From assembly GCA_016931575.1 (NCBI GenBank), contig JAFGEO010000099.1, positions 797 through 64,796 of the forward strand: DNA of 64,000 nt, written 5' to 3'. Under the pieces are notes generated by a model, which was not told the DNA's origin, did not search any database, and saw only the letters and a program-made list of their open reading frames with translations. Made by a program: the position numbers and the translations under genes. Positions 48,491-58,001 of this stretch are shown here, piece by piece (position 1 is the first letter of the stretch; each line of letters starts with the position of its first letter). The DNA is from Bacteroidales bacterium (GTDB lineage: Bacteria; Bacteroidota; Bacteroidia; Bacteroidales; UBA10428).

Positions 48491-48991
48491 TTACTTAATC
48501 CTCCTCAGGCCGAAGTAATATTTCAACTCTTTCTTGCGGTAATGAAGTTGCCAGCTGATTTTTTTGGTTTTCAGGCAGTAGACATTCCTGATGTTGAAAT
48601 GTTCAAGGGTACCGCTGCACATCGGACAGGGTTCCCAGGATGTCAGGAAGATGAGTTTATTCAGGTCGAGTTTCCGAAACTCCTGAAGTGTCATATGATC
48701 CAGGATACTTTGTATGGCATTCATTTCTGCATGTCCCAGAGCGTTATGCTGATGTTGTATTGAATTGATTCCTGAGCCGATAATGCGGTCGTCATAGAGC
48801 ACTAATGCTGCCGTAGGGAACTCCCCCAGACTTTTGGCTGAATCCGCGAGCTGTCGGAGCCTTTCAATATATTCTGGCTTCACTTTTACCGCGGGTCTGA
48901 TATGCACAAGAAATACGGGTGCCAGGTAGAGCAAAGCGATCAGGAGCAAAACAATACTGCTCCTGATCAGGGTCTTCTGATAGGGTTTCAT
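48491..48991 (-). CDS. Zn-dependent cytidine/TadA-fold deaminase with N-terminal TM anchor
   Basis: GEFP.AALV, HAE, EPCPMC; hydrophobic segment at residues ~11-29. Confidence 0.82.
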   Translation of the reverse strand: MKPYQKTLIRSSIVLLLIALLYLAPVFLVHIRPAVKVKPEYIERLRQLADSAKSLGEFPTAALVLYDDRIIGSGINSIQHQHNALGHAEMNAIQSILDHMTLQEFRKLDLNKLIFLTSWEPCPMCSGTLEHFNIRNVYCLKTKKISWQLHYRKKELKYYFGLRRIK

Positions 48992-50034
48992 CTGAGTCGG
49001 AGTAAGAGTTTATAGGATATTTTCATAAAGTAAGGGCACTCATACAACAGTAGTTTCAGCCTGAATGGTATTTGCCCTGCAAAAGACAGGGGGGTATAAA
49101 CCAGTAGTGCGAGCCAACGCGCTGCACCGCGCAGGCTATCCTCCAGGTGATAGCTGTATTTTTCAGGGAGCCTTCCGGCCAGCACTTCACAGCGCCGGAT
49201 AGTTTTTAACGGAACCGCCTGTTGCCACATTCCGATGCGCGAAGTGTCAAAAGGGTTTTTCAGGCTCCCGTGCAGGGTGCTGAAGGTTTTGTCCTTATAC
49301 AGGCTGTCAATATTTTTATGGTAGCTGAGCATGGAAGGGAGGAATTCCAGTGAGAGGAAGTCGCAGAGCCTCCGGACTTCCTTTTCCGGTTCGTTGACCA
49401 GGTCTTCGAACCGGAGGGTGATGAACCGCCCGGGATATTTCTTTTTTACCCTTTCAATTACCTGGTTATAAAACTTCCAGCGACCGGTGGCAATACAGGG
49501 ATTGGCTGATTCCCCCAGTGTCTTGTGCGAGCGGGCGATAGAGCTTATATTGTCCCGGTAATCCCTTACCAGGTGGATGAAACGGGCATTCGGAAATAGC
49601 TTCAGCAGCGTTTCGGTAAAAAAACTATACCGGGGATTTTTGTCGCCGATCCATTGAATGTCCTTCCTGTCCGGGACAGGTTTTATATTCAGATAGATCA
49701 GCTTACAGATGTTGCTGAAAGATAGTTCTGAGGCATGGGCTTGCAGGTCCGCTGCAAATTGCACCTTATCCAGGTCGGGTGGCTCAAAACCATGTTCGAG
49801 ATCGCGGATCAGTTCGGCTGCATGCTCAGGTTTCCAGCTCTTCCGGCCATGGTACCTGTAATACAGCATCTGAACAAAACGTGATTCCAGGGGAACTTTT
49901 ACCTGTGGGTGCGCATCGAACACCGAACGCAGTAGGGTGGAGCCTGAACGTCCGCGGCCAATAATGAAGAAAACCGGAAATTCTTTCAGGGAGCCTTCCA
50001 TGCGGATTTGGTATGATGGTTCAAATTCGGACAC
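48988..50034 (-). CDS. Sulfotransferase (PAPS-dependent), paralog of 41401-42468
   Basis: GRGRSGSTLLR..DAHP, GDKNP, IHLVRD, RFEDLV.EPE. Confidence 0.9.
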   Translation of the reverse strand: MSEFEPSYQIRMEGSLKEFPVFFIIGRGRSGSTLLRSVFDAHPQVKVPLESRFVQMLYYRYHGRKSWKPEHAAELIRDLEHGFEPPDLDKVQFAADLQAHASELSFSNICKLIYLNIKPVPDRKDIQWIGDKNPRYSFFTETLLKLFPNARFIHLVRDYRDNISSIARSHKTLGESANPCIATGRWKFYNQVIERVKKKYPGRFITLRFEDLVNEPEKEVRRLCDFLSLEFLPSMLSYHKNIDSLYKDKTFSTLHGSLKNPFDTSRIGMWQQAVPLKTIRRCEVLAGRLPEKYSYHLEDSLRGAARWLALLVYTPLSFAGQIPFRLKLLLYECPYFMKISYKLLLRLR

Positions 50035-50142
50035 TGCAATATATGCTTTTTCCTGAATTCATTCTACCGGAATGAATGTTAATTATTAATGGATTAAAAT
50101 TCATTTAGATAAACTAATTTCAACTGGACCAATTGTTACGAA

Positions 50143-51432
50143 ATGAAAAAAGACTTGTTTTTACTATTCATTCTGATTGCGATAGGCCAATATGCCTCTG
50201 CACAGAATGACAAAATCCAAAAACAAAAAATTAATTTTTACTGGAATAATTTTGATCAGACCTATGCAGGATTTCCCATTATTGACGAGGGCGGCTTAAA
50301 GACCTCACGGGAACAGTATCTTGATGAATCAGGATCAATCACTTTTGTTGTGAATACGTATAAGATCGTGAACAATTCGGAGGAAAGTAAATTCCTGGAT
50401 ATAGGGATTGAGCTGGACAGTAAAGCAGATTACTCCATCGAATTTTCCGCTAAGGTCAAAGGTGACCCCAACAAGCTAAACCTATTTAGTTTTGCTGAAT
50501 GGAATAGCACTAAAAGGATGGTCTTCCAGTTTAATGAAGTGGGCTATGGATTTGGAATGGTCGATGGGGAATTCCATCCGGTGATCCAGGCAAAGCCCGT
50601 TTCGCGTTTGTCTTCAGATGATTACAATGAGTACACCATAAGCAGGCTGGGCGATAGTCTGTACTTCTATATGAACAGTACACTGATTGATGCTGTCGGG
50701 AATGCTAAGAGTTTTGGCAACCTTATGAGTTTTGATATTTTACCACACACCGAAATCGAGCTGAAAAGGTTCTCTCTCGCCTATTATTACAGACTGATAC
50801 CCGGACAGGATTCCGAGGAGGATTACAAGGACCTGAATAATCTGGCGACAAAGGTACCCCTGGATAATTCTGCCTGGTTTACCATTCTTTCTCAATCCAT
50901 GGAAGAGTTTACTATCAGCGATGTCACACGCTGGAAATGGGAAGATGCCGGCGGTCTGGTATCTGAGATAAAGAACGGGAAACTGCACATTGAAAATCAT
51001 TCAGGATCATCAGTGGCGGTGTGGACCGAAAAAGCGCTCGACATGACGAAAAATTTTGAAGTCCAGGTAATGATGCGATGTCTGAGCTCACAATCTCAGT
51101 CAGTTAATTCATTCTTCTGGGGAGGGAATGCCGACGAAAGATACTGCTTTGGATTCAACGATGCAGGCTTGGTCAAAGCTTACACAGATGCTTTCTTTTC
51201 TTTTGAAACCTTTTTTGATTTTACCTCTACGGGATATGCAGATTTGTGTGGAAGTCAGGATAATCAGATTCTTATAATCCGGAAGTACAAAGATTACTAT
51301 GTTTTCATGCTAAATAAGACAGTAATTAACATTTCAAAGGTGATACCCCTCAAAGGAGACAGGATCGGTTTTCAGATCGCTGATGGAGCCGAGATAGAGG
51401 TTGACCAGATAAAGATCAGTTATTTCGAATAG
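50143..51432 (+). CDS. Secreted hypothetical protein, probably two ConA/lectin-like beta-sandwich domains
   Basis: Signal peptide; repeated pattern D(Y/F).(I/V)E...N...I.(R/K).(G/K)D...F..N...G....F.I....EIE. Confidence 0.55.
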   Translation: MKKDLFLLFILIAIGQYASAQNDKIQKQKINFYWNNFDQTYAGFPIIDEGGLKTSREQYLDESGSITFVVNTYKIVNNSEESKFLDIGIELDSKADYSIEFSAKVKGDPNKLNLFSFAEWNSTKRMVFQFNEVGYGFGMVDGEFHPVIQAKPVSRLSSDDYNEYTISRLGDSLYFYMNSTLIDAVGNAKSFGNLMSFDILPHTEIELKRFSLAYYYRLIPGQDSEEDYKDLNNLATKVPLDNSAWFTILSQSMEEFTISDVTRWKWEDAGGLVSEIKNGKLHIENHSGSSVAVWTEKALDMTKNFEVQVMMRCLSSQSQSVNSFFWGGNADERYCFGFNDAGLVKAYTDAFFSFETFFDFTSTGYADLCGSQDNQILIIRKYKDYYVFMLNKTVINISKVIPLKGDRIGFQIADGAEIEVDQIKISYFE

Positions 51433-51461
51433 CAGGTGTTCTGAATTAGAGTAAATGAGCC

Positions 51462-53456
51462 CTATTGTTCAGGGTAGATTACCACAATATTGTTCTTGTT
51501 GAACGATGCCATGGTCAGGTTCATGATCTGCTCAAAAGATTTACTGTAGGAGATGGATTTTTTTCTGGCATTTACAAAAACCAGCAGTTCTGACGAGGAA
51601 TTCCGGAAAATATTGCTTACTTCCTGCTGGCTTTCAAGCTCGTTTATTTCAAAATATTTTGCATTGCCGGTCCGTTGCATATGGTGTTTCAGGGCTTCAA
51701 GGGTTTGAGAGGAGTTACAGTTAACAGCAATTTTCAGTTGCAGTTTTTTTACCAGGATGACCAGCGTATCGATCCAGAGGTTGAAGCCCTTTTCATATTG
51801 GGCATTCTCTGCACACAGCAGGTGGATTTTTCGCACCTGTCTGAAGCTGGAAGGGGTTTTCAGCACCAGGACCATGCGTTCCGTCTTGTTAAGCAGGTTG
51901 TTCAGTACACTCCCGAAGAGAATGTGGAAAGGGGTCTTTTGCTGGTTCCATCCCATCACAATGCCCGTGGCCACTACTTCTTCTGCCGCCCTGACAATGC
52001 CGTTGGTAACGTTGTTGTCGATCCTGGAGCTTGGTTCAAAGGCGAGATCTGAATGCATGGATTTGATAATCTCGCCTATTTTCTGCTGATTCTTCCCGAT
52101 CTCGTTTCGTACCTCGCTCTGGTCCGTGAAGATGGTCAGTGGATAGATCGGTACATTTTTGTCTTCCTTTTTGATCAGGGAGGCAAATTCAAGCAGGTGC
52201 TCCATACTGGACGGATTGGCCAGGGGGACAATGATCTTTTGTTTGTGCTTCGGATCCCCCTGCAGGTTTTCCTCTTCAAATAAGATCTTCTTGCCTGCTC
52301 TTTGGGTGATGTAGGAGCTGCTGATGCTGGTTACCAGGATCAGGATCACGGTATTGTTCAGGATGGGCTCCGGGATAAATCCCATATTGAACCCGATCAG
52401 AATGATAGCGATGGCTGAGGCAGCCCTGGAGACGCTCAGACCAAAAACCAGGTTGGTTTCTGTTTTCGAAATATTGAAAAAAAGCCTGGAAATCAGCGCA
52501 GCAAAATATTTACCCGCAAATGCAGCGACGATCAGGAAAAACAGGTAAACGAGCTGAACGGGCTGGTTCAGGTAAACTTTAAAATTGGCCAGGATGCCTA
52601 TCGAGATCAGGAAGAAGGGGATGAAAAGATTGTTCCCGATAAACTCGATTCGCCTATATAATGGAGAAGAACTGATGATCAGCCGGTTTAGTACCAATCC
52701 ACTGAAAAAGGCTCCCAAAATGGGCTCGATCTCCAACAGGTAAGCAACAAGCGCGGAGGAGAATAAAACAACAAGAACAAAAATGTACTGTACCCCCAGG
52801 TCCCCTTCGTATTTATTCAGAAAAACCCTTGATAAACGTGGGATAAGCAGCAAAACCACAAAGAAAAACAGCAGGAAATGGAAACCAAGCAACAGGAGAC
52901 TGTCCGGTTCAAATCCCTTGTCGGCAAAGTTGGTGATCAGTTCCATGGCAACAAGTGCCAGGATATCGGCAATAATGGTTGCCCCGACAACCACGGTGAC
53001 AATGGATTTGTTGATGATCCCCAGCCTGCCCAGCAGGGGATAGGATATGAGCGTGTGGGATGAAAGCATGGCAGCGATCAACCAGGATGCAACAACCTCA
53101 TAACCCAGGATATACCTGCACACCAGGTATCCCAGAATAAAAGGGATAACAAACGTGGACAACCCAATGAAAACACTTTTAACCTTGTTCTCGATGAAAT
53201 CGATCAGGTCGATCTCAAGTCCGGCAAGGAACATGAGGTAAAGCAGGCCCATGGTTCCGAGCAGACTGAATTCAAGGTCGGGAGAAACGAGGTTGAAGCC
53301 ATGCGGACCGATAATGGCCCCGCTAACCAGTAAACCGACAATCGATGGGATGCGCACCCTTTCGAAAAATACGGGCCCGATCAGCAGGATGATCAATACC
53401 AGCGTAACGATAACAACGGGTTCCTGAAAGGGGATATGAATTGACAATACTGTCAT
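51462..53456 (-). CDS. CPA2 cation:proton antiporter with C-terminal USP-like region
   Basis: GPHGFN, GLLYLMFLAGLEID, SHTL.SYP, GATII.D, GNNLFIPFFLI, IVPLANP. Confidence 0.9.
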   Translation of the reverse strand: MTVLSIHIPFQEPVVIVTLVLIILLIGPVFFERVRIPSIVGLLVSGAIIGPHGFNLVSPDLEFSLLGTMGLLYLMFLAGLEIDLIDFIENKVKSVFIGLSTFVIPFILGYLVCRYILGYEVVASWLIAAMLSSHTLISYPLLGRLGIINKSIVTVVVGATIIADILALVAMELITNFADKGFEPDSLLLLGFHFLLFFFVVLLLIPRLSRVFLNKYEGDLGVQYIFVLVVLFSSALVAYLLEIEPILGAFFSGLVLNRLIISSSPLYRRIEFIGNNLFIPFFLISIGILANFKVYLNQPVQLVYLFFLIVAAFAGKYFAALISRLFFNISKTETNLVFGLSVSRAASAIAIILIGFNMGFIPEPILNNTVILILVTSISSSYITQRAGKKILFEEENLQGDPKHKQKIIVPLANPSSMEHLLEFASLIKKEDKNVPIYPLTIFTDQSEVRNEIGKNQQKIGEIIKSMHSDLAFEPSSRIDNNVTNGIVRAAEEVVATGIVMGWNQQKTPFHILFGSVLNNLLNKTERMVLVLKTPSSFRQVRKIHLLCAENAQYEKGFNLWIDTLVILVKKLQLKIAVNCNSSQTLEALKHHMQRTGNAKYFEINELESQQEVSNIFRNSSSELLVFVNARKKSISYSKSFEQIMNLTMASFNKNNIVVIYPEQ

Positions 53457-53602
53457 AGGCGATGTTGAAAGCTATTCCAAATTTAATGAAATATGTCTGG
53501 TATTTTTAGTTGGCAGGGCAGGAAATAATTTTAACAATGATTACTACAGTTCGTGGTGTTACCTTTTTTATTTCCCATCGTCTAAATGAAAAACTTTTCG
53601 GG

Positions 53603-53968
53603 ATGAAAATTCTGGGATTGCTTTATATCATGTTGCTTATTCCCGGAATGGAGTCAGGTTGCAGCAGTATGCCGGAACCGGCGGCAGTTGTAACACCCAA
53701 TACGGCTACACAAAGTCAGGGGCTTGTCTATAAAATTTCTGATGCACTTGATTTAAACGGGTACATCGACTCCAAAGAAAACGGAGGTCGATGGGTCCAA
53801 AGAGTATTCCCGAGATTCAGGAATTACCTGAACGGCGAAATTCAGGGAGAGAAGGCCTGGCAATGGACAACTGGACCGGAGAGCACAAGTTTTCTGTCAG
53901 GTTCAGATTTTCATGCCGGCCGGTTTGAGGGGCGGGATATTATACATCCTTTTCATTCCTTCTGGTAG
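53603..53968 (-). other. Placeholder strand check: see plus-strand small ORF at the same coordinates
   Basis: No minus-strand feature is supported here; retained only to mark that the region was examined on both strands. Confidence 0.05.
53603..53968 (+). CDS. Small hypothetical protein with hydrophobic N-terminus and C-terminal DIIHPFHSFW
   Basis: ATG 53603, MKILGLLYIMLL leader, aromatic/His-rich C-terminal motif at the stop. Confidence 0.55.
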   Translation: MKILGLLYIMLLIPGMESGCSSMPEPAAVVTPNTATQSQGLVYKISDALDLNGYIDSKENGGRWVQRVFPRFRNYLNGEIQGEKAWQWTTGPESTSFLSGSDFHAGRFEGRDIIHPFHSFW

Positions 53969-54060
53969 TTCATATCCTTTCCTGCAGGGGGCTTTTGCCC
54001 GACTGCACCGGGCCATTGCGGCCTCAAAATACTTAGTTCTGTTGCTAAAACTTTAAAATT

Positions 54061-54687
54061 ATGGATATGAACATGATCCTGGTTATGCTGGGTGTTATCC
54101 TGGCGGTAGCCGGACTGGCAATATATGCCAGAAAAAGAAACCGTGACGAAGAAAGACGAAAAATGGAACCTCTTCATAAGTTTGCAGGGGAGAACAATTG
54201 TACGATTTCAGGATGTGATTCCTGGGACAGGACGCTGATAGGAATCGATGACAGGGAGATCAATACCTTATTTTTTATCCGCTCGCTACCGGACCGGGAG
54301 ATCCGCCAGGCTATCAGGCTCTCTGAAGTGGTTAGTTGCAGGCTCGTAAGGGCTGAGAGGGAGATAAAAAGTGATCAGGGGTCCCACAAGATTACCGAAA
54401 GGATTTGTATATCCCTTGTCTTTCAGGAGCCCGGAAAGGAAGTCTTCCTGGAATTTTATAATGCCGGTTACGACAGGCTGACCCTTACTGATGAATTGGT
54501 GCTGGCGCAAAAATGGATCGGGATAATTAACAGCCTGCTCTTTACCAACGAAAGGTGGAAAACTGCAATGAAGGAAAGTCCAAAACAAGGCATTCCCGGG
54601 CAGACAAATACGGTCAGAAAAAAGGAAAATTCCGGCCAGCACATTGTGAAAGGCCCGAAACCCGACAGGAAAGCGCATGCAGTTTAG
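54061..54687 (+). CDS. Single-TM hypothetical protein
   Basis: N-terminal TM followed by a basic cluster; IGID, LEFY and EL.LA.KW pattern resembling a conserved Bacteroidota family. Confidence 0.7.
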   Translation: MDMNMILVMLGVILAVAGLAIYARKRNRDEERRKMEPLHKFAGENNCTISGCDSWDRTLIGIDDREINTLFFIRSLPDREIRQAIRLSEVVSCRLVRAEREIKSDQGSHKITERICISLVFQEPGKEVFLEFYNAGYDRLTLTDELVLAQKWIGIINSLLFTNERWKTAMKESPKQGIPGQTNTVRKKENSGQHIVKGPKPDRKAHAV

Positions 54688-55008
54688 CCGGAGATCGACT
54701 TAAGACGGGAGGAATAAAGCTTAATCCGGCAAGCAGGAATGATCTTGAATGGCTTTGGCCGCCTGTGATCTGCCGATAGGCCGGGTTAAGTTTTTTCATC
54801 GTCAGCCTATCCGCAGATTATCATGATCAGTATTCTGTTAATTACATGGCTGGTGCGGGGCTTTCGCTTTCTTGTCTCTGGTTGATGTTCAGAAGGTTCC
54901 GCAGGTAATTGGTACTGGCAGAAGCCTGGCAATATATGTCCGGGCCGGCTTAATTTTTAAATGATTGTTACCATTGGACCTTGTAACGTCTCAATAGAAA
55001 TTTATAAC

Positions 55009-55959
55009 ATGTTAGTATCCGTATTACTTTTGGTGCTTGGGTTCGGGATCCTTATTAAGGGTGCCGACTGGCTGGTGAATGGATCTGTGTCCATTGCCAA
55101 GCATTACCACGTTTCAGAGCTTGCTATCGGTCTGACCATTGTAGCCTTTGGCACCTCGGCACCCGAACTGGTGGTAAATATTGTTTCCTCCCTGAACGGT
55201 TACAGCGATGTGACGATGGGAAACGTTGTGGGGAGCAACCTCTTCAACCTTATGTTGATACTGGGACTGACCGGGGTAGTTTATCCCCTGGTGGTACAGG
55301 TAAGAACCATCTGGAATGAGATCCCTTTTTCTTTGGCAGGAGCTATTATCTTGCTGGTCCTGGCAAATTATACCTTCAGCGGGGAAAGCCCGGAGAGCCT
55401 GAACCGGGTCGACGGGATCATCCTGTTGCTCTGCTTCATTGGTTTTATGGGATACATTATAGTCAATCTGCGCGACGGAAAGGAGACTTTGGAAGCTGAT
55501 TTTAAGATACTGAAACCATCTCATTCAGTTGTTCTGATCGGTGTAGGATTGATAGCGCTGGTCCTGGGCAGCCGGCTGGTGGTGGATCATGCGGTCAAAA
55601 TTGCTGAAGTCCTGGGTATCAGCGAGAAGATCATCGGGATCACTATCGTATCGGCCGGAACCTCTCTCCCTGAGCTGGTTACCTCCGTTGTCGCTGCCCT
55701 TAAAAAGAGGAGCGATATCGCTGTCGGGAATATCATCGGATCCAATATTTTTAATATTTTTCTGATTTTGGGTGTCAGCGCTGTGATCAGTCCGATTCGG
55801 TATAATACTTCGTTCAACTTCGATATCCTGGTTCTGACCGGTTCCACCGTCCTTCTTTTCGTTTTTATGTTCAGCGGTAAAAAACATAAACTCGACAGGT
55901 GGGAGTCGATCCTGTTTTTAGTTGCTTATGTAGCCTATATTGTTTATCTGTTACGCTAA
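55009..55959 (+). CDS. yrbG: Calcium/sodium antiporter (CaCA, YrbG-like)
   Basis: Two alpha repeats: GTSAPEL...GNVVGSN and GTSLPEL...GNIIGSNIFN. Confidence 0.92.
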   Translation: MLVSVLLLVLGFGILIKGADWLVNGSVSIAKHYHVSELAIGLTIVAFGTSAPELVVNIVSSLNGYSDVTMGNVVGSNLFNLMLILGLTGVVYPLVVQVRTIWNEIPFSLAGAIILLVLANYTFSGESPESLNRVDGIILLLCFIGFMGYIIVNLRDGKETLEADFKILKPSHSVVLIGVGLIALVLGSRLVVDHAVKIAEVLGISEKIIGITIVSAGTSLPELVTSVVAALKKRSDIAVGNIIGSNIFNIFLILGVSAVISPIRYNTSFNFDILVLTGSTVLLFVFMFSGKKHKLDRWESILFLVAYVAYIVYLLR

Positions 55960-55974
55960 AAAGATACCGGGAAG

Positions 55975-57957
55975 ATGGATATGCTGTGTCTCGTTCTGCC
56001 TGTTCATGAACCCCTGATGGTTTTCCTCGTGTTGGTTACCATTATTTTCCTGTCACCCTATTTTTTTCGAATGATCAGGGTTCCCGAAGTTGCCTCATTT
56101 ATTGTGATGGGGGTACTGGTCGGGCCCAACGGTTTCAATATTTTACCCAGGGATTCCAGCATCGAACTCCTGGGAACTGTCGGATTATTGTATATCATGT
56201 TTATGGCAGGCCTCGAACTGGATGCAGAAAAGCTGAAAATAAGCCGGAAAAGCAGCCTCATTTTCGGGATGCTTACTTTCATAATTCCCTTCATCCTGGG
56301 CTGGTTTGTGTCTAAGAACCTCCTGGGAATGGAGAATGAGGGAGCCCTGTTAATCGCCATAATGTTTTCTACCCATACGCTGGTCGCTTATCCAATAGCC
56401 AGAAGACTGGGCATTAACCGTGACCTTTCCGTTCTGACAGCAGTAGGGGGGACCATCATTACCGACATCCTGGTTTTGATGATCCTGTCAATGGCTACAC
56501 AGGACCCCGGAAAAGATACCTCCGGCTTCGGCTTCATAAAGCTGCTACTCCTTTTTGCAGGGTATACCTTCACGGTCTTTTATACATATCCCAGGATTGC
56601 AGGCTGGTTTTTCAGGCACATTAAGCGCGACCGTACAGTGCATTACCTTTTTCTGCTTTTTATGGTTTGTCTGTCTGCTTTTGCTGCAGAACTGATTGGG
56701 ACGGAGGCGATCATTGGGGCATTCCTGGCCGGATTGGCACTGAATAAAAAAATACCCAGGAATTCCTTATTGATGCATCACGTGGATTTTGTCGGGAATA
56801 TCCTGTTCATACCGGTATTCCTGATTGGGACAGGCATGCTTATCAATACGAGGATCCTGGTTGCCGGCACGGACATTTGGTACCTTACCCTCATCCTAAT
56901 TCTGGCTGCTTTTACCGGAAAATGGCTGGCAGCCCTGATTACCCGGAAGCTCCTTCGGATGAGTGCCCTGCAGGGCAGGATCCTTTTCGGCATGAGTGCC
57001 TCTCACGCTGCGGCCACCCTGGCGGTGATCATCATCGGACTTGAGAAAAAGCTTATCGATATTCAGGTATTCAATGCTGCCATCCTCATTATCCTGGTTA
57101 GCAGCCTGGCAGCCTCGATGATTACCGAAAGAGCAGGAAAGAAGCTTGCCCTGACCATTATACACAGCAAGGAATCCTTTCCGGGCTGGAGGATCCTGGT
57201 ACCCATTGCCAACCCGCTGAACATGTCAAACCTGGTCAGCCTGGCACATTGCTTCCAGCAGACAAATCAATCCGAGCCGGTTTACCTTCTGAATATCCTC
57301 AACGAGAAAACGAGCACGAGGGAGCACATCATCAATACACACAGGACTATTGAGAATAATGTATCCGATTTCAATAACCTCCATGAGAACCTGAAAGTGC
57401 TTACACGGGTCGACCTGAATATTTCCAGCGGGATCATCCGGGTGGCCAGGGAATATATGATCACTGATATCGTCCTTGGAATCGGCGATGTTCGAAATGC
57501 CTCCGAACGCATCTTCGGATCAGTTCTCGATAATCTCATGAAATCAGAACAAAACCTGTTTGGATTGAAGGTGACGACACCTCTTAACCAGCTCAGGTTT
57601 ATGCGTATATTTGTACCTCCTTTGCTTATGAAAGATCCCCTGTTTCCCGGAATACTGGGAAAGATTGCCAAACTCTCGGCAAGTCTGAATTTCAGGGTCA
57701 TTTTCAGTTGCCTTCCCGGAAATGACCTGCCTGCCCTGAAAAGTATGTTTTCAGGTTCATTTAAAAATGCAGAAATGGAAGAGGTTGGGGATTTTTACTC
57801 CGGAAAAGAAAAGGGGCTTTTAACCGTGATCTTCATGTTCCGCAAGGAGTCTGCGGTTTATGATGCAACAGTGAATACCCGGGCGAAGGTATTCCTGGGT
57901 GATCTTAAACAGGGCAATACATTAACCATCGTTCCGGGACTACCGGGAATTCTTTGA
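55975..57957 (+). CDS. CPA2 cation:proton antiporter with C-terminal USP-like region (paralog of 51462-53456)
   Basis: GPNGFN, GLLYIMFMAGLELD, THTLVAYP, GGTIITD, GNILFIPVFLI, LVPIANP. Confidence 0.9.
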   Translation: MDMLCLVLPVHEPLMVFLVLVTIIFLSPYFFRMIRVPEVASFIVMGVLVGPNGFNILPRDSSIELLGTVGLLYIMFMAGLELDAEKLKISRKSSLIFGMLTFIIPFILGWFVSKNLLGMENEGALLIAIMFSTHTLVAYPIARRLGINRDLSVLTAVGGTIITDILVLMILSMATQDPGKDTSGFGFIKLLLLFAGYTFTVFYTYPRIAGWFFRHIKRDRTVHYLFLLFMVCLSAFAAELIGTEAIIGAFLAGLALNKKIPRNSLLMHHVDFVGNILFIPVFLIGTGMLINTRILVAGTDIWYLTLILILAAFTGKWLAALITRKLLRMSALQGRILFGMSASHAAATLAVIIIGLEKKLIDIQVFNAAILIILVSSLAASMITERAGKKLALTIIHSKESFPGWRILVPIANPLNMSNLVSLAHCFQQTNQSEPVYLLNILNEKTSTREHIINTHRTIENNVSDFNNLHENLKVLTRVDLNISSGIIRVAREYMITDIVLGIGDVRNASERIFGSVLDNLMKSEQNLFGLKVTTPLNQLRFMRIFVPPLLMKDPLFPGILGKIAKLSASLNFRVIFSCLPGNDLPALKSMFSGSFKNAEMEEVGDFYSGKEKGLLTVIFMFRKESAVYDATVNTRAKVFLGDLKQGNTLTIVPGLPGIL

Positions 57958-58001
57958 ATTATGTAATTTAGTTGTCTGAAAAACAGATAAGGGGAACGAC
58001 A

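Noticed and set aside
48491-48991. Calling this gene tadA
   Set aside because: It has an N-terminal TM helix and lacks a recognisable TadA C-terminal region.
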